Assembly: GCA_028864975.1 (NCBI GenBank)
Contig: JAGWLG010000008.1
Span: 1 to 64,000, forward strand
DNA: 64,000 bases
Reading direction: 5' to 3'
DNA from: Thermoplasmata archaeon
Lineage (GTDB): Archaea; Thermoplasmatota; Thermoplasmata; Lutacidiplasmatales; UBA184
This document shows positions 53,537 through 62,852 of the stretch, piece by piece (within the stretch, counting starts at the first letter, position 1; each line of letters opens with the position of its first letter). The notes under the pieces were generated by a model. It was not told the DNA's origin. It searched no databases and was given only the letters and a program-made list of their open reading frames with translations. The position numbers and the translations under genes were made by a program.

Positions 53537-54973
53537 ATGCCGCTCACGCGCTACGTCGAGGAGCGGACCCACTACGGGTTGACCTCCGGTTCAGAGACCC
53601 AGCGCGAGGTCGTCCGCGGAGTCAGCACGACGCCGGGTTCCCTTGAGCCCTGGTCCGAACTCGATGCCGCGCTGGAACCGTTCCCGGTCCGCGGCCGGTA
53701 CGAGGAGTTGGGGCCGGGGGGAACGGACCGCGGCGTCGAGACGCATCCCTCTCGCTCCGGCCGGCTCGCGCAGCGCTCTCGCCCTCCGACCGGCGTTCGC
53801 CCCTTCCCCCAACCGGTGGCCAAGCGTCGCGCGCCTCCTCCTTCCTGTCCTCCGCCGGGAGCGAATCCACTCCCATGTCGGGACGTCCAGAAGCTCGCCC
53901 TACGGGGGCGACAGCTTGCTGACTATCTGCGGACTCGCACGGGGGAGGATTCCCTGTTCGCGGTGCTGTCCGGGGTGTTCCACTCCGGCCCCATCACCTA
54001 TCAAGGTCAGCAGTTAGCCGTAGAGTGGTTGAGTGAGAACAAGGACGTGGCCCTGGACCTGGCGAAGCAGGACGTGGACACCATCGAGCGGTTCTTCCGC
54101 AACCCACCCCCCGGCATTCCTTCTGTCCAGCACCCGCGTAGCCGGGCCAACATGTACACCGGCGCCATCGAGTGCTATGAGAACCTCTGCGGCCCGGACG
54201 GTAGAGCGTGCCTCGAACCGGACACCAGCGAGCGCCTGGTCCAGTGCATGGTCGCCAACGCCCGCGGCCCGCCGTCCGAGGGCAAGCGTCGCGGCGGCAT
54301 CGGCCCCAAGACCGCCGACCTCGTCCGGGAGTACCTCGGGAACAAGCGCGCCGTCGCCGTGGACCGCCACGTCTTCCGCTACCTGTGCTCCCACGGGCTC
54401 TTCGTCCCGCGCGACCCGGAGACCGGTCAACCTTACCCCGAGTGCTGCGAGCACTTCCGCAAGGAGAGCGGCTACAACATTCCTGCCGACGTCTTCGCCC
54501 AGGCCAAGGACTCGTTCCTCTCCAGCGCGGACTCTTGTGGCGTGGTCCCGACGGACCTCCAGGTCGGCGTGTGGTTCGCCGGGGTCTGCGACTCGGAGAC
54601 CCGCCGCGGGAACGCGGTCTACCTCGGACGCGATGGCTATTTCCCCTGTGTGAAGACCTTGCCCCTAGAGCACTTCGCGGAGGAGCAGGAGGGCTTTCCC
54701 GAGAAGCCTGCGACCCGGGACGTTGTCGTCAACGACTTCCGGTCCTCGATGGCCGACCTCCTCGGCGCCGGACGGAGCTACACCGACGGCGACCTCACTG
54801 GTTCGATTCTATGGAGCATGCAGCTTGCGAAGGACACGGAGCATCTTGAGTCCGACCTCCGCCTCCTGAAGAGGGAACAGCGGCAGGCCCGGGGCTTCTA
54901 CCTGCGCGAGCAACTGGCCCCCATCCCCGAGGACGACTTCGCTTCACCGGACGAGTTCCTCTTCGACGTGTGA
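53537..54973 (+). CDS. HhH-GPD DNA glycosylase-domain protein
   Basis: GGIGPKTADL...AVDRHVFRYL...DLQVGVW. Confidence 0.75.
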   Translation: MPLTRYVEERTHYGLTSGSETQREVVRGVSTTPGSLEPWSELDAALEPFPVRGRYEELGPGGTDRGVETHPSRSGRLAQRSRPPTGVRPFPQPVAKRRAPPPSCPPPGANPLPCRDVQKLALRGRQLADYLRTRTGEDSLFAVLSGVFHSGPITYQGQQLAVEWLSENKDVALDLAKQDVDTIERFFRNPPPGIPSVQHPRSRANMYTGAIECYENLCGPDGRACLEPDTSERLVQCMVANARGPPSEGKRRGGIGPKTADLVREYLGNKRAVAVDRHVFRYLCSHGLFVPRDPETGQPYPECCEHFRKESGYNIPADVFAQAKDSFLSSADSCGVVPTDLQVGVWFAGVCDSETRRGNAVYLGRDGYFPCVKTLPLEHFAEEQEGFPEKPATRDVVVNDFRSSMADLLGAGRSYTDGDLTGSILWSMQLAKDTEHLESDLRLLKREQRQARGFYLREQLAPIPEDDFASPDEFLFDV

Positions 54974-54982
54974 GGTACTCCC

Positions 54983-55168
54983 GTGGAGTCGGCTCACCCG
55001 GTCCACGACTGCACCGGTCACCCGGCCTGCGACGCCTGCTGGCTCTCGCTCGGACCCGCGCTCATCCACGCTCCGGGTATGGGCGTGTCGGCTCAGCAGT
55101 GCGAGTGCCGCAAGTGCCCCAACTACGGGGTCTCCGCGGTCGAGGCGATGCAGAGGGCGCTGCGCTAG
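54983..55168 (+). CDS. small Cys/His-rich protein
   Basis: HDC..H..CDAC...CECRKC. Confidence 0.55.
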   Translation: MESAHPVHDCTGHPACDACWLSLGPALIHAPGMGVSAQQCECRKCPNYGVSAVEAMQRALR

Positions 55169-55407
55169 GGGACCAGCCTCGCTTTCTTCAGCAATTCCTC
55201 GATGGGATACGACTTCTCCTCGCGGGTGCGTCGCTCCATCTCTTTCAGGAATGCTTCGGGGGGATGGTCCTCGATGAAACGGGTGAACACGTCGTCCCAG
55301 GATTCCCCAGGTCGCTTGTACTGCCTGAGCATCCGCACTGTGGAGTCGCGGAGGGTCATCTTGGTCAGCGGGTCTGGAGCAGTGGCCTTACTTCGCGGCC
55401 TCGACAT
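55165..55407 (-). CDS. archaeal RHH-type antitoxin-like protein
   Basis: MTLRDSTVRMLRQYKRPGESWDDVFTRF. Confidence 0.75.
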   Translation of the reverse strand: MSRPRSKATAPDPLTKMTLRDSTVRMLRQYKRPGESWDDVFTRFIEDHPPEAFLKEMERRTREEKSYPIEELLKKARLVP

Positions 55408-55443
55408 GGATATCCTTAAGAATCATTGGAACATATAACTTAC

Positions 55444-55719
55444 ATGGCCGCTACGACCATCAGCATCGACTCCGGCATACTGGAGGGACTCAAGCAGTAC
55501 CGCGGGGCCGGGAAGAACTACAGCGAGGTCCTCCGCCTGTTGATGCTCTCGACCTCTCCCGAGCAGGCCCTCGCCATCCGTCGCCGGATGCAGGAAATCA
55601 ACATCGACATCGACGAGGGACGACGACCGGTCCCCGAGTCGTTCTGGCGGGAGATGAAGCGGCGCAGCAAGGAGCCCAGCCTCTCGGCGGAGGAAGTTGA
55701 CCGAAGGCTGGGTCTCTGA
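55444..55719 (+). CDS. RHH-type antitoxin
   Basis: TTISIDSGILEGLKQYRGAGKNYSEVLRLL; TGATG coupling to the toxin. Confidence 0.75.
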   Translation: MAATTISIDSGILEGLKQYRGAGKNYSEVLRLLMLSTSPEQALAIRRRMQEINIDIDEGRRPVPESFWREMKRRSKEPSLSAEEVDRRLGL

Positions 55720-56036
55720 TGCCCCTCGCCGCGCGTGCGACCTACAAGCCCGAGGCACTTAGGGACCTTGAGCACCTACCCAGAGATGTCCAACTGGCCT
55801 TCCGTAAGGCACGGGAGGCTCTCCTACGTGACCCGACGCATCCGGCGCGGAACGGGGTCGATGCCGTCCGTTACGAACACGGGTCCTGGCGGCTGAAGGT
55901 CGGCGAGTACCGGGCCATCTACTACCTGCTCCCAGGCCTCGTCGTGGACTTCTACTGCTTCGGAGAAAGGAACGCACTCTACTCCCGCTTCAAGCTCATG
56001 TTCGACCTCGGGTTCCTCCCCGAGAAGCCGGACTAG
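55719..56036 (+). CDS. RelE/ParE-family toxin
   Basis: YKPEALRDLEHLP...DP...WRLKVGEYRAIY. Confidence 0.85.
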   Translation: MPLAARATYKPEALRDLEHLPRDVQLAFRKAREALLRDPTHPARNGVDAVRYEHGSWRLKVGEYRAIYYLLPGLVVDFYCFGERNALYSRFKLMFDLGFLPEKPD

Positions 56037-56037
56037 C

Positions 56038-56409
56038 TCAGTACGGTCTCAGGAGCTTCGCTGAAGGGTCCCTCCGGTGAAGGATTCGCGCACGGTCATC
56101 GAAGTGCGTCAGGTCCCGGTCCCGGATTTCGCGGAGCTTGAAGTCGTAGAGTGCCTCGTCGCGCGTGGCCGGTCTCAGCGACCGGTCGAACTCGTCCTCG
56201 TTCATCTGGGAGGCATCGAGCCAAAAGTCCGGCTCCGGGCAACCGAGCGAGCGCACCTCTGCCTCCTCGATTCTCCGGCCGACGTCCGGTCTCGCGGTCA
56301 GAATCCCCACCTGGTGGCCGGCACTCTTGAGCGCCGCCATGATGACGCAGAGGTCCCGCCCGTGGGGACCGAACAGCGTATCGTCCAGGTCGAAGGAGAA
56401 GCCGCTCAC
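56038..56409 (-). CDS. HAD-superfamily phosphatase
   Basis: FDLDDTL, LTAR, K, HFDD. Confidence 0.8.
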   Translation of the reverse strand: MSGFSFDLDDTLFGPHGRDLCVIMAALKSAGHQVGILTARPDVGRRIEEAEVRSLGCPEPDFWLDASQMNEDEFDRSLRPATRDEALYDFKLREIRDRDLTHFDDRARILHRRDPSAKLLRPY

Positions 56410-56433
56410 GAACTAGGCCACGGGTGCCGCGCC

Positions 56434-56658
56434 TTATTGAGCCTTCTCTGTACCCTCAATCTTCCAGTTCTTCGAGACGACCCCAGTTATTCGGAGCCAC
56501 CCTATGGTACACGCCAAGCTCACTAACTCCTGGACCCATAGGAACGCCGCCAGGAATCTCAGGGTCAGGTTGAGGGTCACCATCACGAGCATCGTGAACC
56601 CGATGGTGTAGACGATGACCTCCATCACCACCTGGCGCTTGCCTAGCGAGAGCGCCAT
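56434..56658 (-). CDS. small membrane protein
   Basis: Two hydrophobic segments. Confidence 0.55.
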   Translation of the reverse strand: MALSLGKRQVVMEVIVYTIGFTMLVMVTLNLTLRFLAAFLWVQELVSLACTIGWLRITGVVSKNWKIEGTEKAQ

Positions 56659-56661
56659 TGG

Positions 56662-57927
56662 TCAACCCGCGAGCGCCTTCCACAGCCGCCCGGCCTTCCA
56701 CAGCGTCTTGATGGGACGGAACCCTTTCTTCCTCACGAATCGGAGCAGGTCCCGCCGCACCGTGTAAGGGTTGAAGTCACCCTCCGGCATCGGGAACTCG
56801 CAGAACCAGGTGAAGAACTGGCGGAGGTCAGCGTCACTCATGGAGAGGATGGTCTGTTTCATCGCCCACCGTGCGCGCATCTCCTTCGTGTACGGACGCA
56901 CCAACGGCTCGTAGTGGTCCGGCTGACCCTCGGCGACGGTCCTCGCGGCCATGACCCCCGATGCGAGGGCCTGGTGGATGCCGCCCCCAGTCACGGGGTC
57001 GCATAGCCTGGCCGAGTCACCGATGGAGAGGACCCGACCGGCGTGCAGCGTCCTCGGTGGCCTGTAGGTCGGGATGATTCCGCCCTCGCGCTGCAAGGGC
57101 TTCGTGTCGTAGCGCGGGTTCTGCTTCAGCCACCGGTTGAAGAACGTCTTCGTGGCAATGGTTCTACCCGCCTCGTCCTTCACACTGATGGGGGTACCGA
57201 TTCCGACACGCCTTGCGGGTCTACCCTTGAACGAGCACGGGAAGTCCCAGATGTATCCGGCCGGAGAAGTAGACCCAATCCACATCCCGACCTGGTCCTT
57301 GGGTAGCACCGCATTCTCCTCGATGGTCTGCTCGAAACCCATATGGAAACTCTCGGGTTCCAGTTCCCTCACGATGCCGAACTTGCGGGAGACCCGTGCG
57401 TCGTAGCCACCGGCGTCGAGCACCCAGCGTGTCGTCACCAATCGTACAGTCTTCCCGTCCCTCACCGCGACGTGGTATCCTCCGTCCGACCTCACGACGT
57501 CCTCGACTGCGCACGAATGCCACGCCGTCAACCCCTTTGACAGCGAGAACCGTTCGAGCCTCCCCAGGAAGTCGTCCTCGTTCAGGACGAAGCCAAGGTC
57601 CCCGGCCAACAGGTTCGTGTTGTTGAGGATACGCTTCTTCTCCGGTGCGTCTCCCGGGATGAAGATGCGGAAGGAGTTGATGGGACTGGAGACGGAAGAT
57701 TCGACTGGCGGGAAGCCGAGCTTCTTCAACCAGAAGGAGGCGATGCCCGAGGTCGAGGCCGCGGGATAACCAGCGCGACCCCGGCGGTCCACCAGGAGTG
57801 CCTTGTGCGCGAGCCCGAGCTTCGCTAGTTCGTGCGCCGCCGCCTGCCCGCCGTAACCCCCGCCGACGATGACCACCTGATACGCCGTTTCCCTCCCCGG
57901 TACCATTGACGCTTCCCCGCTGGCCAC
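56662..57927 (-). CDS. geranylgeranyl reductase-family FAD oxidoreductase
   Basis: VVIVGGGYGG, LDAGG, PAGYIWDFP, GGIIP, IGDSARLCDPVTGGGIHQA. Confidence 0.9.
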   Translation of the reverse strand: MASGEASMVPGRETAYQVVIVGGGYGGQAAAHELAKLGLAHKALLVDRRGRAGYPAASTSGIASFWLKKLGFPPVESSVSSPINSFRIFIPGDAPEKKRILNNTNLLAGDLGFVLNEDDFLGRLERFSLSKGLTAWHSCAVEDVVRSDGGYHVAVRDGKTVRLVTTRWVLDAGGYDARVSRKFGIVRELEPESFHMGFEQTIEENAVLPKDQVGMWIGSTSPAGYIWDFPCSFKGRPARRVGIGTPISVKDEAGRTIATKTFFNRWLKQNPRYDTKPLQREGGIIPTYRPPRTLHAGRVLSIGDSARLCDPVTGGGIHQALASGVMAARTVAEGQPDHYEPLVRPYTKEMRARWAMKQTILSMSDADLRQFFTWFCEFPMPEGDFNPYTVRRDLLRFVRKKGFRPIKTLWKAGRLWKALAG

Positions 57928-57937
57928 CTCATAGCGA

Positions 57938-58432
57938 ATGGGGTATAAGCACTTGTTCTACTACCCCTCGCCGATGCCCGAGGCCGAGGTCATCGACGTC
58001 CGCGCTCCCCCTGCCCCTGAGACCAAGAAGTCCGGCGGAGGTGCCGGTGGCAAGCGCAAGTACGAGAAGGGGCAACCGGCCAACGAGCACCCGAACTGGA
58101 ACATCCAGGCCCGCGCGATTGCGCGCACCGACTTCGACCTCGTCAAGGCCGCGGCGGAACAGCGCGGCATCGGCCAAGCGCAACTCATCGCTGAGGTGAT
58201 GCACCTGTGGTGCTCCGACCCGAATCTCCTCGTCTACAACGCTCTCTACGCAGAGTGGGAGCGGAACTACCAGGGGAACTACTCGTTCCCGTGCCGGTCG
58301 TGCAAGAACTCCTTGAATCTCACCCCGAAGTTCTGGAAGGAATACGTCTGGCCACGCATCGCCCGGCTCACGGACCAGCGGCTCTTTCCGCGGTTCCGGT
58401 GCCGGAACTGCGCCTCGCGGACCAAAAAGTAG
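57938..58432 (+). CDS. RHH-like + Zn-ribbon protein
   Basis: FDLVKAAAEQRGIGQAQLI; CRSC...CRNC. Confidence 0.65.
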   Translation: MGYKHLFYYPSPMPEAEVIDVRAPPAPETKKSGGGAGGKRKYEKGQPANEHPNWNIQARAIARTDFDLVKAAAEQRGIGQAQLIAEVMHLWCSDPNLLVYNALYAEWERNYQGNYSFPCRSCKNSLNLTPKFWKEYVWPRIARLTDQRLFPRFRCRNCASRTKK

Positions 58433-58462
58433 GTCTTAAAAAGGTGTCTGAGCTTCCCTGGG

Positions 58463-59590
58463 TTGGGGAAGAAGGTGGCCGGTGCAAGTGCCTACGCTTC
58501 CGGGGTCGCATCTGTGACCGGCGAAGGGGACAAGGACCCGGTTGCCGAAGAGCAGCGGGCATCAGGCCCCCTGACCGAGGACCCCGAAATCTTCGCCCGA
58601 CGTATCGACCTCCGCAGCAAAATCACCGGCATCCTGCTGCGCGTCAAGCGCCTCTCTAAGGTCTACGACGAGAAGACCGAACTCCTCCAGAAGCTCAACG
58701 ACTACAAGAACCGGCTCTCGACCGGGCGCAACGTCGGCCCGGAAATCCTCGACCTCATCGTGAGCGAACTCAACGGCGAAGTGACGCCGGAACTCCTTGC
58801 TCTCGAAGCCGACATGGAGTTGCACGGGTACCCACCTGACCTCCCCGCCGGTGTCCAGGGGAACAACGGTCACGCCCTCGCCAAGAAGGACGAGGTAGCG
58901 ATTCCGCGCATCATCGGCTCGACCAACTTCGGGAAGATGACGGACCGGGAGTGGAAGGAGTTCATCCAGAGCACTCCTGCCGAAACCATCCGCGCCGCCG
59001 CCTCCGGGTCGAAGGGCTCCGACGGGGAGAACGGTAACTCCAAGCTGTTGGAACGCCTCATGGACACCCAGCAGAAGTTCTTTGAGGAGCGGTTCGCGCA
59101 GCTTCGCTCTCAAGCGAACTGGAACCCGTTCGAGATGTTCGACACGCTCCGCCAGCACAACATCCCCGTCGTGATTGGAGGAGTTGGGGCTGGTGCGACG
59201 GACCCGGCCACGGCCAAGGTACAGGGCACCCACGAACTCGTGAAGACCGTCGTCCAGGGGCACAACCAGACCAAGAACCAACTCCTCACCATCCTCGGCC
59301 CGTTGGCCCGGGACGAAATCAAGCAGCGCCGACGACAGCACTACGGCTCCGCTCCGGTCGTGCACCAGTACTCCGCTGACGAAGCGGCCTCGCTCGCCGA
59401 GGAGCAATCCACGGCCGACGCCCGGGAGCGCGAGGAAGAGGAGAACGAGGAGCACGACGAACAGGTGACCTTCCATGGTCACAATGGTCACGACGGCGAC
59501 GGCGGGCCGGACACCGGGCCCGACAACGGCTCCGACCGCTCTCAGCCTCGCAACGGGAACGGCAATGGAGGTGCGCGCCGTGGCCGGTGA
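58463..59590 (+). CDS. hypothetical coiled-coil protein
   Basis: 375-aa ORF; CTTAAAAA about 28 nt upstream. Confidence 0.75.
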   Translation: MGKKVAGASAYASGVASVTGEGDKDPVAEEQRASGPLTEDPEIFARRIDLRSKITGILLRVKRLSKVYDEKTELLQKLNDYKNRLSTGRNVGPEILDLIVSELNGEVTPELLALEADMELHGYPPDLPAGVQGNNGHALAKKDEVAIPRIIGSTNFGKMTDREWKEFIQSTPAETIRAAASGSKGSDGENGNSKLLERLMDTQQKFFEERFAQLRSQANWNPFEMFDTLRQHNIPVVIGGVGAGATDPATAKVQGTHELVKTVVQGHNQTKNQLLTILGPLARDEIKQRRRQHYGSAPVVHQYSADEAASLAEEQSTADAREREEEENEEHDEQVTFHGHNGHDGDGGPDTGPDNGSDRSQPRNGNGNGGARRGR

Positions 59591-60413
59591 ACCCTCCAGC
59601 ATCCCCTCCGACGCCCAGGTCCTCGTCAAGGAGAAGGACGGTGTCGAGGACAAGACCTACGTGTACGACGACGGGAAGAACATCGTCGTGGAACGCAACC
59701 TGGACTTCGAGCCCGGGTCCGAACCTGCTCCCCTCGGGAAGAGGGAGGGCGTGACACTTCAGGCCGGGCGCCGGAACATCAAGGGGCACGACTACCACAC
59801 CGTGCGCAAGGTGTTCTACGAGAAGGCGAAGGGGTTCGACGTGGCCAAGGTGATGGCGGAACTGCCGAAGCTCCTGGAGTACGAGGGGAAGTGCCCCCAC
59901 TGCTCGAAGGCCGCGGAGGCGGCGAAGCCGCTGCGGGTTCCCGGAAGTGCGCAGCCCGCGAAAACTGGAGGCTCCTCCAGAACGCCGCGCCAGCCGAAGG
60001 TCCCCAAGCCCGCGGACTGGTCGAAGCTCCCTGCCCCCGCGTTCAAGCCGCGCCCGCCGCCGCGACCGAAGTCCGCTCCTCCTGCGCCGGGCTCATCCCG
60101 GGCCCCCGCTCCATCCGGTCCCACTGCTCCCCCGGAGACCGGGGCTCCCGGCACCGGCCCGTTCCACATCGCAGAGGAAGGGGCGACCGTTCCCCGCTCC
60201 GGCTTCCTCGGGTTCGGTGTCGTGGGCTCGCTCGGAGTCCTACCGTCGTCCGGCCCGCGGTCCGGCCGCGTCGCCGAGCCCGGCCGCATGCGCTCCAGCA
60301 TCCCCCACGTCCCCCGCCCCGGACTCCTCAAGGACATCGGCGGCGACGCGCGGGAGGCCATCGACAAGCTCAAGCAGAACAGACCGCGCCTCTCTGAGGT
60401 GTTCAGCTTCTGA
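59565..60413 (+). CDS. hypothetical protein, Pro-rich C-terminus with PADWSKLP (start uncertain)
   Basis: Globular N-terminal half with CPHC. Confidence 0.7.
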   Translation: MEVRAVAGEPSSIPSDAQVLVKEKDGVEDKTYVYDDGKNIVVERNLDFEPGSEPAPLGKREGVTLQAGRRNIKGHDYHTVRKVFYEKAKGFDVAKVMAELPKLLEYEGKCPHCSKAAEAAKPLRVPGSAQPAKTGGSSRTPRQPKVPKPADWSKLPAPAFKPRPPPRPKSAPPAPGSSRAPAPSGPTAPPETGAPGTGPFHIAEEGATVPRSGFLGFGVVGSLGVLPSSGPRSGRVAEPGRMRSSIPHVPRPGLLKDIGGDAREAIDKLKQNRPRLSEVFSF

Positions 60414-60757
60414 TGCCGAAGAAGGCCCCTCCCTCCAAGGGCCGCTCTTCTTCCAAGGGCGCGCCGGTGCCTCGTGTTAGTCCTGCCGCGTCTTTGCCGA
60501 CTGCGCTCCCTCCCCCCCAGCCCGAACTTGCTGTCCTCCCGCAGGCCTCTCATATCCCTCTCCAGGGTCCCGCCAACGGCGAGACCGAGTACAAGATGAT
60601 GGGGAGGTACCGCGTGCGCCGTGAGACGTGGAACCTGTTCCACCAGGCGATGTCCCGGCGCTTCGGCTCACCTCATGGTCACACGAACGACTGCCTCGAC
60701 ATGGCGCTCGAACAGTGGAGCCGTTCGATGCTCGCCGCCCAGAACGCCTGGCTCTGA
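60413..60757 (+). CDS. RHH-like protein
   Basis: YRVRRETWNLFHQ...CLDMALEQW; TGATG coupling. Confidence 0.6.
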   Translation: MPKKAPPSKGRSSSKGAPVPRVSPAASLPTALPPPQPELAVLPQASHIPLQGPANGETEYKMMGRYRVRRETWNLFHQAMSRRFGSPHGHTNDCLDMALEQWSRSMLAAQNAWL

Positions 60758-60773
60758 AACAGGGGAAGAGAAG

Positions 60774-61061
60774 ATGTCCGCGAAGCCCACCAAGAACGAC
60801 AAGGCCGAGTACCTCCGACGCATCACGAACACCGAGGTCCACTTCGAGAACCTCTCGAACGACGACATCGACCTGCTCTACGAACTGTTCCTGGCCCGGC
60901 TGCCGGAACTCGCCGCCCACATCACCCAGTTCAAGGCGAAGGAGCGCGTCGATACTGTCTCCGCGCAAATCCTGGGACAGGTCGGGCAGAACTTCCCCCT
61001 GGTCAACGCCTTCCTCGACAAGGCCAAGACCGCCGCGTCGGGACACGGCGCTATCCTCTAG
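60774..61061 (+). CDS. hypothetical protein
   Basis: Start MSAKPT after GGGAAGAG. Confidence 0.6.
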   Translation: MSAKPTKNDKAEYLRRITNTEVHFENLSNDDIDLLYELFLARLPELAAHITQFKAKERVDTVSAQILGQVGQNFPLVNAFLDKAKTAASGHGAIL

Positions 61062-61082
61062 GTACAGGTAGGAGGGACGGGC

Positions 61083-61466
61083 GTGGCGCACCCCCATCGC
61101 ACCAAGCAGCGCGCCGTCGAGCGCGAGGTCCGACGCGCCGGGCTCCCTCCCCCCGCGAGCAAGCTCGGCTGGCATGTCGCCTTCGTCCCGACTACCCCAG
61201 AGGTCCTCAAGTCCATGGGCGACCCGGACGCCGGTGTCCCCTACGCCTGCAAGAGTGTCCCCAACGGGGATGGTACGTACAGGGACGAGTTCTACCGGTT
61301 CGACCGGGTCGAGGACTTCCAGGCCGCGCTGATGCGTGACAGCAAGCTGCGGACCCTCGTTGAGCAGTGGCAAGCCAAAGGGTTCCGGGCCATGCCGGTC
61401 CCCGCGACTCCGAAGGACCGAATCGTGGGTGGCCTCGGGGAACGACGGGAGTTCCTCTCGTCCTGA
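61083..61466 (+). CDS. hypothetical protein
   Basis: GGAGGG SD, 127 aa. Confidence 0.65.
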   Translation: MAHPHRTKQRAVEREVRRAGLPPPASKLGWHVAFVPTTPEVLKSMGDPDAGVPYACKSVPNGDGTYRDEFYRFDRVEDFQAALMRDSKLRTLVEQWQAKGFRAMPVPATPKDRIVGGLGERREFLSS

Positions 61467-61545
61467 GAACTCTTTCGACACTTTCACTACTTTCGCGGCT
61501 TGCCCTTTATACCCCGCCCCACTCGCAGAGGGTTGAGGTCCCACA

Positions 61546-61752
61546 ATGGCCGTAAGCGACATCGGCAGCCGACTCGTCTACCGCGACCGAATGCAGAACA
61601 TCCGGGACGCCGTGGAGACCTTCCGGGACAGGAGCGCAGACGAGGCCGTCATCGGCCTGGTCTCGGGCTTCGGTCACAACAACCGGAAGCTCCTCCTCGG
61701 ACGCACCCAGGCGAACGGAGCCAGCAAGTTCGCCCCCGAAGGAGGGTTCTGA
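61546..61752 (+). CDS. small hypothetical protein
   Basis: After TTTATA; GAGGT SD. Confidence 0.6.
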   Translation: MAVSDIGSRLVYRDRMQNIRDAVETFRDRSADEAVIGLVSGFGHNNRKLLLGRTQANGASKFAPEGGF

Positions 61753-61800
61753 GCACCCCCCCGGGTGACTCAGCACTCTAGAAGGAGGTAGAAGAGCAAC

Positions 61801-62070
61801 ATGACGCTCGCTACCGCTCTCTCCGCCGCGCAGACCGCCCGGGCCTCGGCCCGCTCCGCGGCTGCCAGCGCCGTCACCGCGACGCTCGCCTCGGTGAAGT
61901 CGGTCCGCGCCAGCGTGGCCGCCTTCGCTCCGTTCTCCGGGGCCGCGCTCTCCGCGCTGGTCTCGACCCCGCTCGTGTCCATCTCGGCGGCCCCCGCGCC
62001 CGCCGCCGCGCCCGCCCCCGCCACGGAGCTTGGCACTGGCCTCAACAACGGGAGCAACGCGCTCCTCTAG
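61801..62070 (+). CDS. Ala-rich hydrophobic small protein, putative virion/membrane
   Basis: GGAGGT SD; almost no charged residues. Confidence 0.65.
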   Translation: MTLATALSAAQTARASARSAAASAVTATLASVKSVRASVAAFAPFSGAALSALVSTPLVSISAAPAPAAAPAPATELGTGLNNGSNALL

Positions 62071-62104
62071 GTAGTCCAGGTCAAGTGAAAGGAGGAACAA
62101 GAAC

Positions 62105-62746
62105 ATGAGCAACAACAACTTGGGAGACATGGCCGAGGACTCCGTCCTCGCCTACGCCGGACTCAACCCGACCGCGAAGGCCTACCAGTCCTACGTGGAC
62201 ATCTCCATCGCCGACGATGGGGTGTCCGTGCAGGACCAGCCGGAAGCCTCCGCTCCGGGCGGGTCCACCGGGTACGCCGTGGTGAACGCCGCCGACAACA
62301 CCTCGGGCGCCGCACCCCCGAAGACCTACCACACGAACTTCGGGTGGATGACCCTGCGCTCGGGCGAGGTGGTCCGCGTCTTCTACGACTTCCAGATGAA
62401 GACCGTGGACGCGACGCTCCGGCTCACCCACGCCTCGGCGACCGCCACGCCCGGCGGAGCCGCGAACTTCAAGCAGGGGGACTCCGTCCTCGTGCAGAAG
62501 GGCAAGTGGGGAGGCGCCGCCTACAAGGCCGGCACCACCCCGACGGGAACCCTCAAGGCCCACCTGGGCGCCACCACGAGCGAGGGCGCGACCGGTGTCG
62601 TGCCCAAGCTGGACCAGGGGACCCCCGTCAACGTCGCGGCCGGCGAGGACATCGCTGTGGTCTTCGGGCTCGCCACCGCTCCCGCGCAGCACGCGGTGGG
62701 CGTCTACGGGCTCCACTACATCGGTCTCTCGACCGCGGTCGTCTGA
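62105..62746 (+). CDS. putative structural protein
   Basis: GGAGGA SD, strong codon bias, followed by a terminator. Confidence 0.75.
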   Translation: MSNNNLGDMAEDSVLAYAGLNPTAKAYQSYVDISIADDGVSVQDQPEASAPGGSTGYAVVNAADNTSGAAPPKTYHTNFGWMTLRSGEVVRVFYDFQMKTVDATLRLTHASATATPGGAANFKQGDSVLVQKGKWGGAAYKAGTTPTGTLKAHLGATTSEGATGVVPKLDQGTPVNVAAGEDIAVVFGLATAPAQHAVGVYGLHYIGLSTAVV

Positions 62747-62772
62747 GCCCACCCCGGGTGAACGCCCAAGCT

Positions 62773-62822
62773 GACCGGAGGGAGTAGCTTCCCTCTCCCT
62801 CCGGTCGGCTCAACCCTTTTTT
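62773..62822 (+). terminator. hairpin + T6 terminator
   Basis: GACCGGAGGGA...TCCCTCCGGTC then TTTTTT. Confidence 0.7.
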
Positions 62823-62852
62823 CTCTCACCCGCGGGGAGCAACAGCACACCG

